Counted from the first letter of the stretch, positions 18,473 to 27,566 are shown. The stretch: DNA of 64,000 nucleotides from Prevotella sp. (GCA_050946475.1 JBMNUW010000001.1:515-64514), one strand, 5' to 3'. Numbers and translations are program-made. The notes: a model not told the origin generated them from the sequence alone.

Positions 18473-18516
18473 AATGCGTTGCTATATGGGTGGCTTCACC
18501 TATATTGCAACGCATT
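18473..18516. terminator. Imperfect ~20-bp hairpin between convergent folP and the DUF4252 gene
   Basis: AATGCGTTGCTATATGGGTG-GCTT-CACCTATATTGCAACGCATT, with two mismatches. A second 16-nt palindrome AAAGCATTAATGCTTT lies at 18526-18541. Confidence 0.55.
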
Positions 18517-18578
18517 ATTATTATCAAAGCATTAATGCTTTTACAAACCTACAAAGTCCGTCGCATCACACATTCGAT

Positions 18579-18615
18579 TATGAATTGTGCATTATAAATT
18601 ATGCATTATGAATTA
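18579..18615 (+). repeat. Heptamer array TATGAAT TGTGCAT TATAAAT TATGCAT TATGAAT TA
   Basis: Five tandem 7-mers directly abutting the stop of the DUF4252 gene. Inverted relative to the 18439-18470 array. Confidence 0.85.
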
Positions 18616-18617
18616 AC

Positions 18618-19097
18618 TTAGTCGTCCATCACCGAACCGGCAATGGCCTCGATGTCCTCGGGATTGATATTGCCTTCCACAAGAATACCCGTACAGTCGT
18701 CCTTGTCGGTCATGAGGAGCACTATCTCGCGGACCATGTTCTTATCCTTATCACTGCGAGTAAGGATCAACATATTGTCGTTGTTGCCCGACATACGCCC
18801 GTATTCCTCATAGCCATATTTCTCAAGTTCATTGATGCGACTGATGAACTTCTTGCGATTACGTTTTGAGCAGTCGTCCATATCAAGAATTTGCATACGA
18901 TCTACTCCACGCATTACTTCCTTCACGTTTCCGTCCTTTACTTGCCCGGCACCTATACGCACAAGTGCCTTAGGAATGGTAGTGGATTCCACATGACGCA
19001 CATCGCGAAAATCATTAAACACGTCGGTGGCTCGCTGGGCCATGGTTGCCTGTGCGCAGAACAGCGCTAGCAGGGTCATCAACATTAATTTTTTCAT
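18618..19097 (-). CDS. DUF4252-like secreted protein
   Basis: Signal peptide MKKLMLMTLLALFCAQATMA. Overall size and pattern resemble DUF4252 (recalled from memory, not searched). Confidence 0.55.
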   Translation of the reverse strand: MKKLMLMTLLALFCAQATMAQRATDVFNDFRDVRHVESTTIPKALVRIGAGQVKDGNVKEVMRGVDRMQILDMDDCSKRNRKKFISRINELEKYGYEEYGRMSGNNDNMLILTRSDKDKNMVREIVLLMTDKDDCTGILVEGNINPEDIEAIAGSVMDD

Positions 19098-19265
19098 AGT
19101 TGTCTGTTTAGTTGTTGTTATATATTTATTTCTCCTTATTGGATTGGAGCCAAAGATTGAGAGAGGACAAGCGCCATCGAACCAAGTTCGATGAAACAGA
19201 ACAGGCTGAACGCCACCCCCTCTTATTTATTTATCAGAAAATTAATAATAACTGCACACTTTCAA

Positions 19266-20291
19266 TTATGAATTATGAATTAAACTAAGTATTTCCTCTT
19301 CCGATACGAGATTCTGGTCACCCGGAATGGTATTTTTCAGAGCGGCTGCAGCCACGGAAAACTCCAGGCAACGACGATCGTCGTCAGGCCATTTTGTACG
19401 GGCGTGCATAAAAGCTGCCACCCAAGCATCGCCTACTCCCATCTGATCAATGATAGGTTCGACGTTATAGAATTTTGAAGTGAAGATTTCACCGTCAACC
19501 CACAGTACACCAGCCAGCACATGATGATTGAACGAAAGCTGATTTCGATGCGCCATGAGCATACGCCGGCAACGAGGAAACTGACGATGAAGTTCGTCGA
19601 AATAGCGACGGTATGCTTCCATGTCCCATTGATAACTGCTGTCGAGGGCTGTGAACGGAATGGGGTCCATACCACTTGCCACACGCCATTCGTTCTGGTC
19701 GCCGAAGATGAACTGGCTGTATTGCATCAGCTCATGGAGCGTTTTATGAGCGTCGGCGCCCGGGTATTTCCAAAGATTGCCACGGTAGTTGATGTCGCAG
19801 GTGAGTTCTATGCCGGCCTCATCTGCCATTCGGACTGCTTGCATGGTCGTTTGCATGGCAGCCTCTGAGGTAGCGCAAGTAATGCCCGAGCAGTGAAAAA
19901 GACGTGCTTCTCGAAAGATCGGAGCCCAGTCAATGTCGCCAAAAGCAAGAGTGTTGAACGAAGAACCATCACGATCATATACCACCTTGGAGCCTCGCAT
20001 GGCTGCAGACGGTTCGAAATAGTAGGTACCCATCCGCTTACCATTCCTCAAGACATGACGAGTGTCAAGACCCATTTCGCGCAGATGCATCAGCGCAGCT
20101 GTACCAATTGCATTGTCGGGAATACAAGTTACATATTCCACGTCGTGACCCAACATAGCTAGACTTACGGCGACATTGGCCTCCGACCCGCCATAATGTG
20201 CATCGAAAGAATGGCCCTGAAACATCCGTTCTCCTCCTTGCTTGGAAAGCCGGAGAAGAATTTCGCCGAAAGTTACTATCTTTTTACTCAT
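19266..20291 (-). CDS. kdgK: PfkB-family sugar kinase (2-dehydro-3-deoxygluconokinase-like)
   Basis: 341 aa. GGSEANVAVSL near the N-terminus and GVGDAWVAAF near the C-terminus. Ends ...LSLIHNS inside a heptamer repeat. Confidence 0.85.
   Translation of the reverse strand: MSKKIVTFGEILLRLSKQGGERMFQGHSFDAHYGGSEANVAVSLAMLGHDVEYVTCIPDNAIGTAALMHLREMGLDTRHVLRNGKRMGTYYFEPSAAMRGSKVVYDRDGSSFNTLAFGDIDWAPIFREARLFHCSGITCATSEAAMQTTMQAVRMADEAGIELTCDINYRGNLWKYPGADAHKTLHELMQYSQFIFGDQNEWRVASGMDPIPFTALDSSYQWDMEAYRRYFDELHRQFPRCRRMLMAHRNQLSFNHHVLAGVLWVDGEIFTSKFYNVEPIIDQMGVGDAWVAAFMHARTKWPDDDRRCLEFSVAAAALKNTIPGDQNLVSEEEILSLIHNS
19267..19282 (+). repeat. Heptamer array TATGAAT TATGAAT TA
   Basis: Overlaps the last codons and the stop of kdgK on the opposite strand. 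Confidence 0.75.
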
Positions 20292-20505
20292 ATATAATTT
20301 ACTGTTTCCTCACCATTATTTTTGTGACCATGCCTTACTACATTCCTTCATTTTACTGAAAGAAAATCCATACATGGAACAAGCCTTACGCCAATACAGA
20401 CCGGCAGGCAACTGCAAATTTAGCAATAATCAGTCTATTACCCAAGTCCCAAGCCTTTTATTTTCAAAAGTAAAAGTATTATTTCCCATCTTAGAACCCC
20501 GGACA

Positions 20506-20544
20506 TAAAAAGGCGGCAAGCACCACGAGATGCTGCCGCCCTTT
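20506..20544 (-). terminator. Rho-independent terminator of the BI-1 family gene
   Basis: Stem GGCGGCA (20512-20518) pairs with TGCCGCC (20534-20540). On the minus strand it is followed by TTTTTAT. Confidence 0.65.
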
Positions 20545-20616
20545 CCTCATGTTTATTCTATGTTCCTAAAGTTCCATTATAAAGTCGTATGATCGCATTT
20601 TATGCGAAACATTGAG

Positions 20617-21333
20617 TTAGTTGTCATTTCGTCCGAAAATTCTCAACAGATAGAGGAACAGGTTGATGAAATCAAGGTAGAGGCTCAATGCACCCATGAG
20701 AGCCATTTTCTGTGCGCCCTCTCCTGCATCGGGCATCATGGCCAGCGCCTCCTTGATTTTCTGACTGTCCCATGCGGTAAGGCCTACGAAAATGGCCACA
20801 CCGATGTAGCTGATTATCAAATCGAACATGCTGCTATGCAGGAAGATATTGACTACGGAAGCAATAATCAGTCCGATGAGTGCCATGAAGAGAATATTGC
20901 CCATCTTGCTCAGGTCTGTCTTGGTGACATAGCCGTAGAACGCCGTAAAGGCGAAAGTTCCTGCCGTGATGAAAAACACCTTGGTGATGATGGTCATGCT
21001 GTAGGCAAGGAAAATCACCGAGAGCGTGGCTCCGTTCAAGGCTGAATAGACAATGAACAAGGTGGTGGCTGTGGTCAGCGAGAGACGATTGATGCGGGCT
21101 GAAGTGTACCACACTAAACCCAGCTCGGCAATGATGAGCACCCACATCAACGCGGATGACGAATAGAGCATCTGCACGATATGGGGTGAAGTTGCCACTC
21201 CGTAAGCCGTAATGCCCGTAATGGCCAAAGCCATAGTCATCCATAGATACACTTTGCGCATGAGAGCGGGAAATGCCGACGAAAGCGTAGTTTCACGCTG
21301 TCTTACCATGTTGTCCAAATCCTGTAATTCCAT
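20617..21333 (-). CDS. Bax inhibitor-1/YccA family membrane protein
   Basis: ATG 21333 (MELQDLDNMV...). Seven hydrophobic segments typical of BI-1/YccA. The TTG extension to 21417 was rejected. Confidence 0.88.
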   Translation of the reverse strand: MELQDLDNMVRQRETTLSSAFPALMRKVYLWMTMALAITGITAYGVATSPHIVQMLYSSSALMWVLIIAELGLVWYTSARINRLSLTTATTLFIVYSALNGATLSVIFLAYSMTIITKVFFITAGTFAFTAFYGYVTKTDLSKMGNILFMALIGLIIASVVNIFLHSSMFDLIISYIGVAIFVGLTAWDSQKIKEALAMMPDAGEGAQKMALMGALSLYLDFINLFLYLLRIFGRNDN

Positions 21334-21568
21334 GTTTTTTATTTCCTTTCTTTTCTTATTATAATACCAACGACTTGTACCGACAGGTTTCAGCCCTACT
21401 CGTCGTCCGTTCTTCAAGTTCTTTCAGAATGTCCGAAAAATCGACTTTATCGTATTCTTTTTTAGTCGGTCTGTTCACAGCCGTAACCTCTAGTCTCGTG
21501 TCGTTAAGGCAACTACCTCATTCCCTTTCGTTTGTGTAACAGGAAAGTTGCCCTTTTCCTTCTTTTTG

Positions 21569-21576
21569 CAAAATTA
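21569..21576 (-). promoter_or_regulatory. Candidate -7 element (TAATTTTG) far upstream of the BI-1 gene
   Basis: The + strand reads CAAAATTA. It lies 236 nt upstream of ATG 21333, which implies a long leader if it is functional. Confidence 0.3.
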
Positions 21577-21982
21577 CTTCAACCGGCAAAACTCTGCAAG
21601 AAAATCGTCTCTTTTTTAATGATTTTTATTGTGGGAAACGCTTTATTTGTGATATTTATGTTTTTCGGCAACACTCAATGTCACAATGATGCTTGGGGTG
21701 TCCTATATAAACCCTAGGACTCTCCTGCATATAATGAAACTCAAAATCTTATATAAAACACAAAAAACTAAAATTTAGAAACAGAAAGACAAATTCCAAA
21801 AGACGAGAACGCAACATCGAAAGAAACAAGAAGAAACAGATGAGGAAACAAAGAACACAAATCAAGGCAAAGGACGACAAAAGTATGAAATCAACAATAA
21901 AAATACGTGGATTAAAACATTATGGTAGAAAAACAGGTAAGATAAAAACTGAAGATTCTTTCGGATTTTCCGCAAAAAGAAT

Positions 21983-21990
21983 TAATTTTG
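21983..21990 (+). promoter_or_regulatory. -7 promoter element (TAATTTTG) for the AraC-family gene
   Basis: Exact TAnnTTTG match ending 19 nt upstream of ATG 22009. Confidence 0.45.
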
Positions 21991-22008
21991 CCCGAAAATC
22001 AAACAAAG

Positions 22009-22890
22009 ATGAACAAACTGGAACTTCGACCTATAAGCATAGAATCTGCCAAGGAGATAGGTCAGGGTAGTTATATCGGCAACGACCTTGTCCTGTTCGA
22101 TGAAGTAGGAGACTTGCCTCTGCCCGACGAGCCACGTCGACTGGATTGCCTGCTGATGGCACTCTGCCTGAAAGGCACTGCTGAATACACGGTAGACACC
22201 GTAAAGCGTACCGTTCATCCGGGCGACATCATCATCATCAGCCGCGATCAAGTTACAGAACACTACAAGCTCGACCACTGTTCCGGAATTGCACTTCTTG
22301 TCTCCCACCAGTTCTTTGTTGAAATTGTGGCCGGGGTACAGGAGTTGTCTTCACTGTTCATGTTTTCTATTGGTCATCCCGTTTTTCATCTGACACCTCG
22401 ACAAACGGAGAACGTATGTCTCTATTTCAACATGCTGAAAAGCAGGGTTGACGACACAAGCAGCCATTTCAGACGTGATGTAGCACGGAGCCTGCTGCAA
22501 GGACTCATCTATGAAGTGAGCAGTGTCATCTGGGAATTGCAGTCTCACGACGAGATTCCCCAGTCAAGGGCAGAAGACATTTTTGCTCAATTCATCAAAC
22601 TCGTGGAAAGCAATTTCCGTCAGGAACGCCGGGTTGGATGGTATGCCACGGCTCTATGCATTTCTCCCAAACACCTCAGCGAGACCATTCGGGCAGTGAG
22701 CCGCCGTTCACCGGCTGAGTGGATAGAATATTATGTGGTGATGGAGCTTCGAGTGCTATTGCGTAACAGCAACAAGTCCATCAAGGAAATTACGGAAATG
22801 ATGCATTTCCCCAACCAGAGTCATCTCGGCAAATATTTTAAGGATCACGTCGGAATGTCACCATCTGAATATCGAAAGAAAATTAAATAG
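22009..22890 (+). CDS. AraC-family transcriptional regulator
   Basis: C-terminal double HTH (ISPKHLSETIRAVSRRSPAEWI ... HFPNQSHLGKYFKDHVGMSPSEYR). N-terminal cupin-like sensing domain. Confidence 0.85.
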   Translation: MNKLELRPISIESAKEIGQGSYIGNDLVLFDEVGDLPLPDEPRRLDCLLMALCLKGTAEYTVDTVKRTVHPGDIIIISRDQVTEHYKLDHCSGIALLVSHQFFVEIVAGVQELSSLFMFSIGHPVFHLTPRQTENVCLYFNMLKSRVDDTSSHFRRDVARSLLQGLIYEVSSVIWELQSHDEIPQSRAEDIFAQFIKLVESNFRQERRVGWYATALCISPKHLSETIRAVSRRSPAEWIEYYVVMELRVLLRNSNKSIKEITEMMHFPNQSHLGKYFKDHVGMSPSEYRKKIK

Positions 22891-22916
22891 GAAAATTATA
22901 AAACGACAGCAATAAT

Positions 22917-22969
22917 TCAGCCCCATTGCAGCATTATCTTTTAGCGCTGCAGTGGGGCTGATTCTGTTT
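22917..22969 (+). terminator. Rho-independent terminator of the AraC-family gene
   Basis: 16-bp stem TCAGCCCCATTGCAGC (22917-22932) pairs with GCTGCAGTGGGGCTGA (22946-22961), then TTCTGTTT. Confidence 0.65.
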
Positions 22970-23103
22970 GAACTGGACAGATAAATTTCAAGTCCAGTTT
23001 ATGCAACAACAGAGTTTCCTTCAGCTAATGCTGATAAAACATCGTTCGAATTCCATGATTCCCCTCTTTCACAGATGCGAGCGAACAGCTTATCCTTTTT
23101 TCT

Positions 23104-24174
23104 TCAATCGTTATCTGAGGAAGCGGGAGCAAGGAGGGAACGATAAATCTCCAACGCCTTCTTCATCTCGCTCTTTCGGATATATTCGTCGGCTGTATGA
23201 GAACGCGACGACTCACCTGGTCCTAACTTGAACGAGGGAAATGGCATCAGCGCCTGGTCACTCAACGTAGGCGAGCCATAGGGCTTGAGTCCGAGGGACA
23301 GGCAACGGCGCACCAGCGGATGGTCCATAGCTATGGAAGACGAATGGAGACGGAAAGAGTGGGCATGCACCTCACTTTTGACATGCCGACGGATAATGTC
23401 GAACACCTCTTCATTGGTATAGAGTTCGTTGGTACGGACATCCACCAACATGGTACAACGGTCGGGAATGACATTGTGCTGCGTACCGGCATTCACCACG
23501 GTGAGCGTCATCTTCGTGGGACCAAGCAACGGACTGACCTTCTTGAACTTATAGTCGCGAATCCACTCCATATCGTCGAGTGCCTCATAGATGGCGTTCA
23601 CACCCTCGTTGCGGGCGGCATGTCCGCTCTTTCCGTGGGCGATGACGTCAAGCACCATCAGTCCTTTCTCAGCTACAGCAGGTTGCAGGCCAGTAGGTTC
23701 ACCCACAATGGCTACGTCTATTTTGGGCAAGAGAGGCAACGCCTTCACAATGCCGTTCTGACCCGACACTTCCTCCTCACACGATGCCAGATACACGAGA
23801 TTATAGTCATGGGGCTTCCCGATGAAATAGCGAAACGTCTGCAACAAGGTCACCAGCCCACCCCCGCAGTCGTTGCTTCCCAATCCATAGAGACAGTCAC
23901 CTTCCCATGTCGGACTGAAAGGATTGCGTTGCCAGGAAGCCGCAGGCTTCACGGTATCAATATGGGCATTGAGAAGCAGCACAGGTCGGTCGTTGCGCCA
24001 TTCTGGGTCTAAAGCCCACACATTGTTCCCCTCTCGGTGCGGTGCCATACCATAACCGTCAAGCTCTTCTTCCATTCGGTCAGCAGCGGCCTTTTCATTC
24101 CGACTCAACGAGGGAATGGCAATGAGGTCGGAGAGCAGATTGCATGCCGATTGCAGATATTTGTCTTCCATCAT
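23104..24174 (-). CDS. M20-family metallohydrolase (ArgE/DapE-like deacylase)
   Basis: ATG 24174 (MMEDKYLQ). Motifs NAHIDTVKP and SCEEEVSG. A -7-like CAAAATTA at 24183-24190 suggests a very short leader. Confidence 0.85.
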   Translation of the reverse strand: MMEDKYLQSACNLLSDLIAIPSLSRNEKAAADRMEEELDGYGMAPHREGNNVWALDPEWRNDRPVLLLNAHIDTVKPAASWQRNPFSPTWEGDCLYGLGSNDCGGGLVTLLQTFRYFIGKPHDYNLVYLASCEEEVSGQNGIVKALPLLPKIDVAIVGEPTGLQPAVAEKGLMVLDVIAHGKSGHAARNEGVNAIYEALDDMEWIRDYKFKKVSPLLGPTKMTLTVVNAGTQHNVIPDRCTMLVDVRTNELYTNEEVFDIIRRHVKSEVHAHSFRLHSSSIAMDHPLVRRCLSLGLKPYGSPTLSDQALMPFPSFKLGPGESSRSHTADEYIRKSEMKKALEIYRSLLAPASSDND

Positions 24175-24232
24175 AATGTCTGCAAAATTAAGAAAAAACG
24201 GCAAAAGTCTTTCGTTTTCTTTAAGAATTATC

Positions 24233-24240
24233 TAACTTTG
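24233..24240 (+). promoter_or_regulatory. -7 promoter element (TAACTTTG) for the acyl-CoA ligase gene
   Basis: Exact TAnnTTTG match 23 nt upstream of ATG 24263. Confidence 0.45.
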
Positions 24241-24262
24241 CAAGAAATAAAACAACAATGTT

Positions 24263-26086
24263 ATGCTGAACTCCTGTCATCTGTCTGTTCTGATACACGA
24301 GCAGGCCAAGAAGTACGGCGACAAGACCGTGCTGACTTATCGCAATTTTGGCAGTCTTACTTGGAAGACTGCCACATGGAAACAGTTCTCACACGGCGTA
24401 AAATTAGTGAGCAACGCCTTACTCAATCTCGGTGTGCGCCCGCAGGAGAACATCGCCGTGTTTTCGCAGAACTGCATACAATACCTCTATACCGACTTTG
24501 GTGCTTACGGTGTAAGAGCCGTTTCCATTCCCTTCTATGCCACGAGCAGCGAGCAGCAGATACAATATATGGTGAACGATGCACAGGTGCGTTTCATCTT
24601 TGTGGGCGAGCAGGAGCAATACAACAAGGCCCATCGCATCTTCCCACTGTGCCCCTCGCTAGAACGTATTATCATCTTCGACAGCAGCGTGCGCATCAGC
24701 AGTCATGACCCCAACGCCCTATACTTCAAGGACTTCATCAAACTCGGAGAGGGAATGCCACGACAGACCGAATTGGAAAGCCTCTATCGGCAAGCCAACA
24801 TGGATGACACATGCAACATTCTCTACACCAGTGGTACAACGGGAGACAGCAAGGGAGTTGTGCTCACCTACGGACAGTACCACGCCGCCTTCATCGCCAA
24901 TGACAAGTGCGTGCCTGTAGGAGAAAAAGACCGGGTAATTTGTTTCTTGCCCTTTACCCACATCTTTGAGCGTGGCTGGGCATATCTTAGCTTGGCAGAG
25001 GGTGCTCAACTCATCATCAACACTTATCCTCACGAGATTCAGGATTCTATGCGCGAGACCCATCCTACCTGTATGTCAGCAGTACCTCGTTTTTGGGAAA
25101 AAGTCTATCAGGCTGTCAAAGACAAGGTGGACCGCATGGGGTCTTTCCAACAGAAGCTCTTCTACCATGCCCTCAGTGTAGGACATAAATATAATGTGGA
25201 ATGTCTTTCCCGCGGCAAGCATCCCTCATTGAAACTTGCCTTGGAATATCGAATGGTGAGCAAAGCCATCCTTTCCATCATTCGCAAACAACTCGGTCTG
25301 GAACATCCCAACATCTTCCCCACAGCCGGCGCATACGTATCGCCCGAAGTGGAAGACTTCGTCCACTCTATCGGCCTCGGCATGGTGGTAGGATACGGAC
25401 TGACAGAGAGTCTGGCCACTGTTTCGTGCGACGACTTGACAAAGACCTACACCATCGGTTCTGTAGGAAGACCCATCGAGGGACTGCAGGTGAAAATCGG
25501 TGCCAACGACGAGATTCTGCTCAAAGGCCCCACCATCACACCGGGATACTATCACCGCGACTCACTCAACGCACAGGTGTTCGATGCCGACGGATTCTTC
25601 CACACGGGTGATGCTGGTTATATGCGCGACGGTGAGCTTTTCCTCAAAGAGCGCATCAAGGACCTTTTCAAAACCTCCAACGGCAAATACATTGCTCCGC
25701 AAATGGTGGAAAGCTTGTTGCTCGTCGACAAATTCATCGATCAGGTAGCCGTCATCGCTGATCAGCGAAAGTTCGTCTCTGCTCTTGTCGTGCCCGAGTT
25801 TAGAATGCTCGAGGAATGGGCTCGCGATAACGGCATCACCTTTGCTTCGCGCGAGGATTTGTGCAACAATAGTAAAGTACAAAAAATGATGGCTGACCGC
25901 ATTGACACTCTGCAGCAGGCACTGGCAAGCTATGAGCAAATCAAACGATTCACCCTCATTCCCCACCACTTCTCCATGGAGTCGGGCGAGCTCACCAACA
26001 CGCTGAAGATGAAACGGCCGGTAATATACAAGAACTTCAAGGAAGTCATAGACAAGATGTACGAGAATACTCCGACCAACGGATAA
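24263..26086 (+). CDS. fadD: Long-chain-fatty-acid--CoA ligase (AMP-binding family)
   Basis: AMP-binding motifs LYTSGTTGDSKGV, GYGLTES and TGDAGY. Confidence 0.9.
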   Translation: MLNSCHLSVLIHEQAKKYGDKTVLTYRNFGSLTWKTATWKQFSHGVKLVSNALLNLGVRPQENIAVFSQNCIQYLYTDFGAYGVRAVSIPFYATSSEQQIQYMVNDAQVRFIFVGEQEQYNKAHRIFPLCPSLERIIIFDSSVRISSHDPNALYFKDFIKLGEGMPRQTELESLYRQANMDDTCNILYTSGTTGDSKGVVLTYGQYHAAFIANDKCVPVGEKDRVICFLPFTHIFERGWAYLSLAEGAQLIINTYPHEIQDSMRETHPTCMSAVPRFWEKVYQAVKDKVDRMGSFQQKLFYHALSVGHKYNVECLSRGKHPSLKLALEYRMVSKAILSIIRKQLGLEHPNIFPTAGAYVSPEVEDFVHSIGLGMVVGYGLTESLATVSCDDLTKTYTIGSVGRPIEGLQVKIGANDEILLKGPTITPGYYHRDSLNAQVFDADGFFHTGDAGYMRDGELFLKERIKDLFKTSNGKYIAPQMVESLLLVDKFIDQVAVIADQRKFVSALVVPEFRMLEEWARDNGITFASREDLCNNSKVQKMMADRIDTLQQALASYEQIKRFTLIPHHFSMESGELTNTLKMKRPVIYKNFKEVIDKMYENTPTNG

Positions 26087-26191
26087 CATTCTTCGGATAA
26101 AAACAACTTGAATAAGCCTGACAGACAACGGACAGGAGGGCTGATTCGCGAAGGGGAGAGTCCCCGACATACATTACTTAGAACGATATTT

Positions 26192-27316
26192 ATGATAACA
26201 GCAGACCAACTAAAAGACGTGATGGACCGTGTCGACAAGCTCCATCATTATCTGAATATAGACCAAAAGAAAGTAGAATTTGAAGAGGAACAACTACGTA
26301 CGCAGGCACCCGATTTCTGGGACGACCCAAAGCGGGCACAGGAGCAAATGAAGAAGGTGAAAGGCATTGAGAAATGGCTCACCGGATATAAAAATGTAAA
26401 GCAACTTGCTGATGAACTCCAGTTGGCCTTCGACTTCTACAAGGACGAGATGGTGACCGAAGAGGAAGTCGACGAAGACTACCGCAAAGCCATTGAAGCC
26501 ATTGAAGACCTGGAGCTGAAAAATATGCTCCGTCAGAAGGAAGACCCTATGGATGCCGTGATGAAAATCAACTCCGGCGCCGGTGGTACAGAGAGTCAGG
26601 ACTGGGCTTCTATGCTCATGCGCATGTATCAACGCTGGTGCGAGGCACATGGATATAAGGTGACCATCACCGACTTGCAGGAAGGCGAAGAAGCCGGCAT
26701 CAAGAGCGTCACGATGACCATTGAGGGTGGCGAGTATGCCTACGGTTTCCTCAAAAGCGAAAACGGGGTGCACCGTCTGGTGCGAGTCTCGCCTTTCAAC
26801 GCGCAGGGCAAGCGCATGACGAGTTTCGCCAGTGTCTTCGTATCACCCCTTGTCGACGACACCATCGAGGTGTATGTCGACCCTGCCCGCGTAAGCTGGG
26901 ATACTTTCCGCTCGTCCGGAGCCGGCGGACAAAACGTAAACAAGGTGGAATCAGGTGTTCGCCTGCGCTACCAATATGTCGACCCGGATACTGGTGAGGA
27001 AGAAGAAATTCTCATTGAAAACACCGAGACGCGCGACCAGCCTAAGAACCGCGCCAAGGCTATGTTATTGCTGAAGTCACAACTCTACGACCGTGCCATG
27101 AAGAAGCGCATGGAAGAGCAGGCAAAAATCGAGGCCGGAAAGAAGAAAATCGAATGGGGAAGCCAGATTCGCAGTTATGTCTTCGATGACCGGCGTGTGA
27201 AAGACCACCGCACGGGCTATCAGACCTCTGATGTCGATGCCGTAATGGACGGCAAGATAGACGGGTTCATCAAGGCGTACCTAATGGAGTTTCCTGTCAG
27301 TGACAACGCTGAATAA
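26192..27316 (+). CDS. prfB: Peptide chain release factor 2 (single uninterrupted frame)
   Basis: ATG 26192 (MITADQLKDV). SPF motif (RVSPFNAQGKR) and GGQ motif (SGAGGQNVNKV). No in-frame UGA frameshift site seen. Confidence 0.95.
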   Translation: MITADQLKDVMDRVDKLHHYLNIDQKKVEFEEEQLRTQAPDFWDDPKRAQEQMKKVKGIEKWLTGYKNVKQLADELQLAFDFYKDEMVTEEEVDEDYRKAIEAIEDLELKNMLRQKEDPMDAVMKINSGAGGTESQDWASMLMRMYQRWCEAHGYKVTITDLQEGEEAGIKSVTMTIEGGEYAYGFLKSENGVHRLVRVSPFNAQGKRMTSFASVFVSPLVDDTIEVYVDPARVSWDTFRSSGAGGQNVNKVESGVRLRYQYVDPDTGEEEEILIENTETRDQPKNRAKAMLLLKSQLYDRAMKKRMEEQAKIEAGKKKIEWGSQIRSYVFDDRRVKDHRTGYQTSDVDAVMDGKIDGFIKAYLMEFPVSDNAE

Positions 27317-27422
27317 AGGCGAAGACTCCGAAAAATAAGAACATGATTGCCAAGCTGACGCGAATAATTCCACGGGATGAAGCTTGGACTGAAATAAGAA
27401 ACAAACCTTAAAATATTGAATT

Positions 27423-27566
27423 ATGAGCGAAAAAAGAAAATCACAGCGCAGCAAGCGTGAAGAAGAACAAAGGAAACAAGGTGATAAAATTGTGAAGTGG
27501 ATCTTCGCAGCCCTGATTATCATGGCTATCATCTATATGCTCTACACTTTCTCCATCGTACAATGA
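27423..27566 (+). CDS. Candidate 47-aa membrane peptide (not in ORF track)
   Basis: MSEKRKSQRSKREEEQRKQGDKIVKWIFAALIIMAIIYMLYTFSIVQ has a basic N-terminus and one TM helix. Its TGA stop overlaps the ATG of the next gene (ATGA). Confidence 0.4.
   Translation: MSEKRKSQRSKREEEQRKQGDKIVKWIFAALIIMAIIYMLYTFSIVQ

Noticed and set aside
21840-22070. 76-aa Lys-rich ORF in the spacer upstream of the AraC-family gene
   Set aside because: Its composition is a direct consequence of the A-rich tract. It runs across the AraC promoter box and start codon in another frame.
26108-26300. Programmed +1 frameshift site in prfB, and the 28-codon N-terminal extension in the ORF track
   Set aside because: I looked for the CUU UGA C-type site near codon 25. 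The sequence reads ...CAT CAT TAT CTG AAT ATA GAC..., a continuous frame, so this RF2 appears frameshift-independent. The extension upstream of ATG 26192 has no RF2 similarity.
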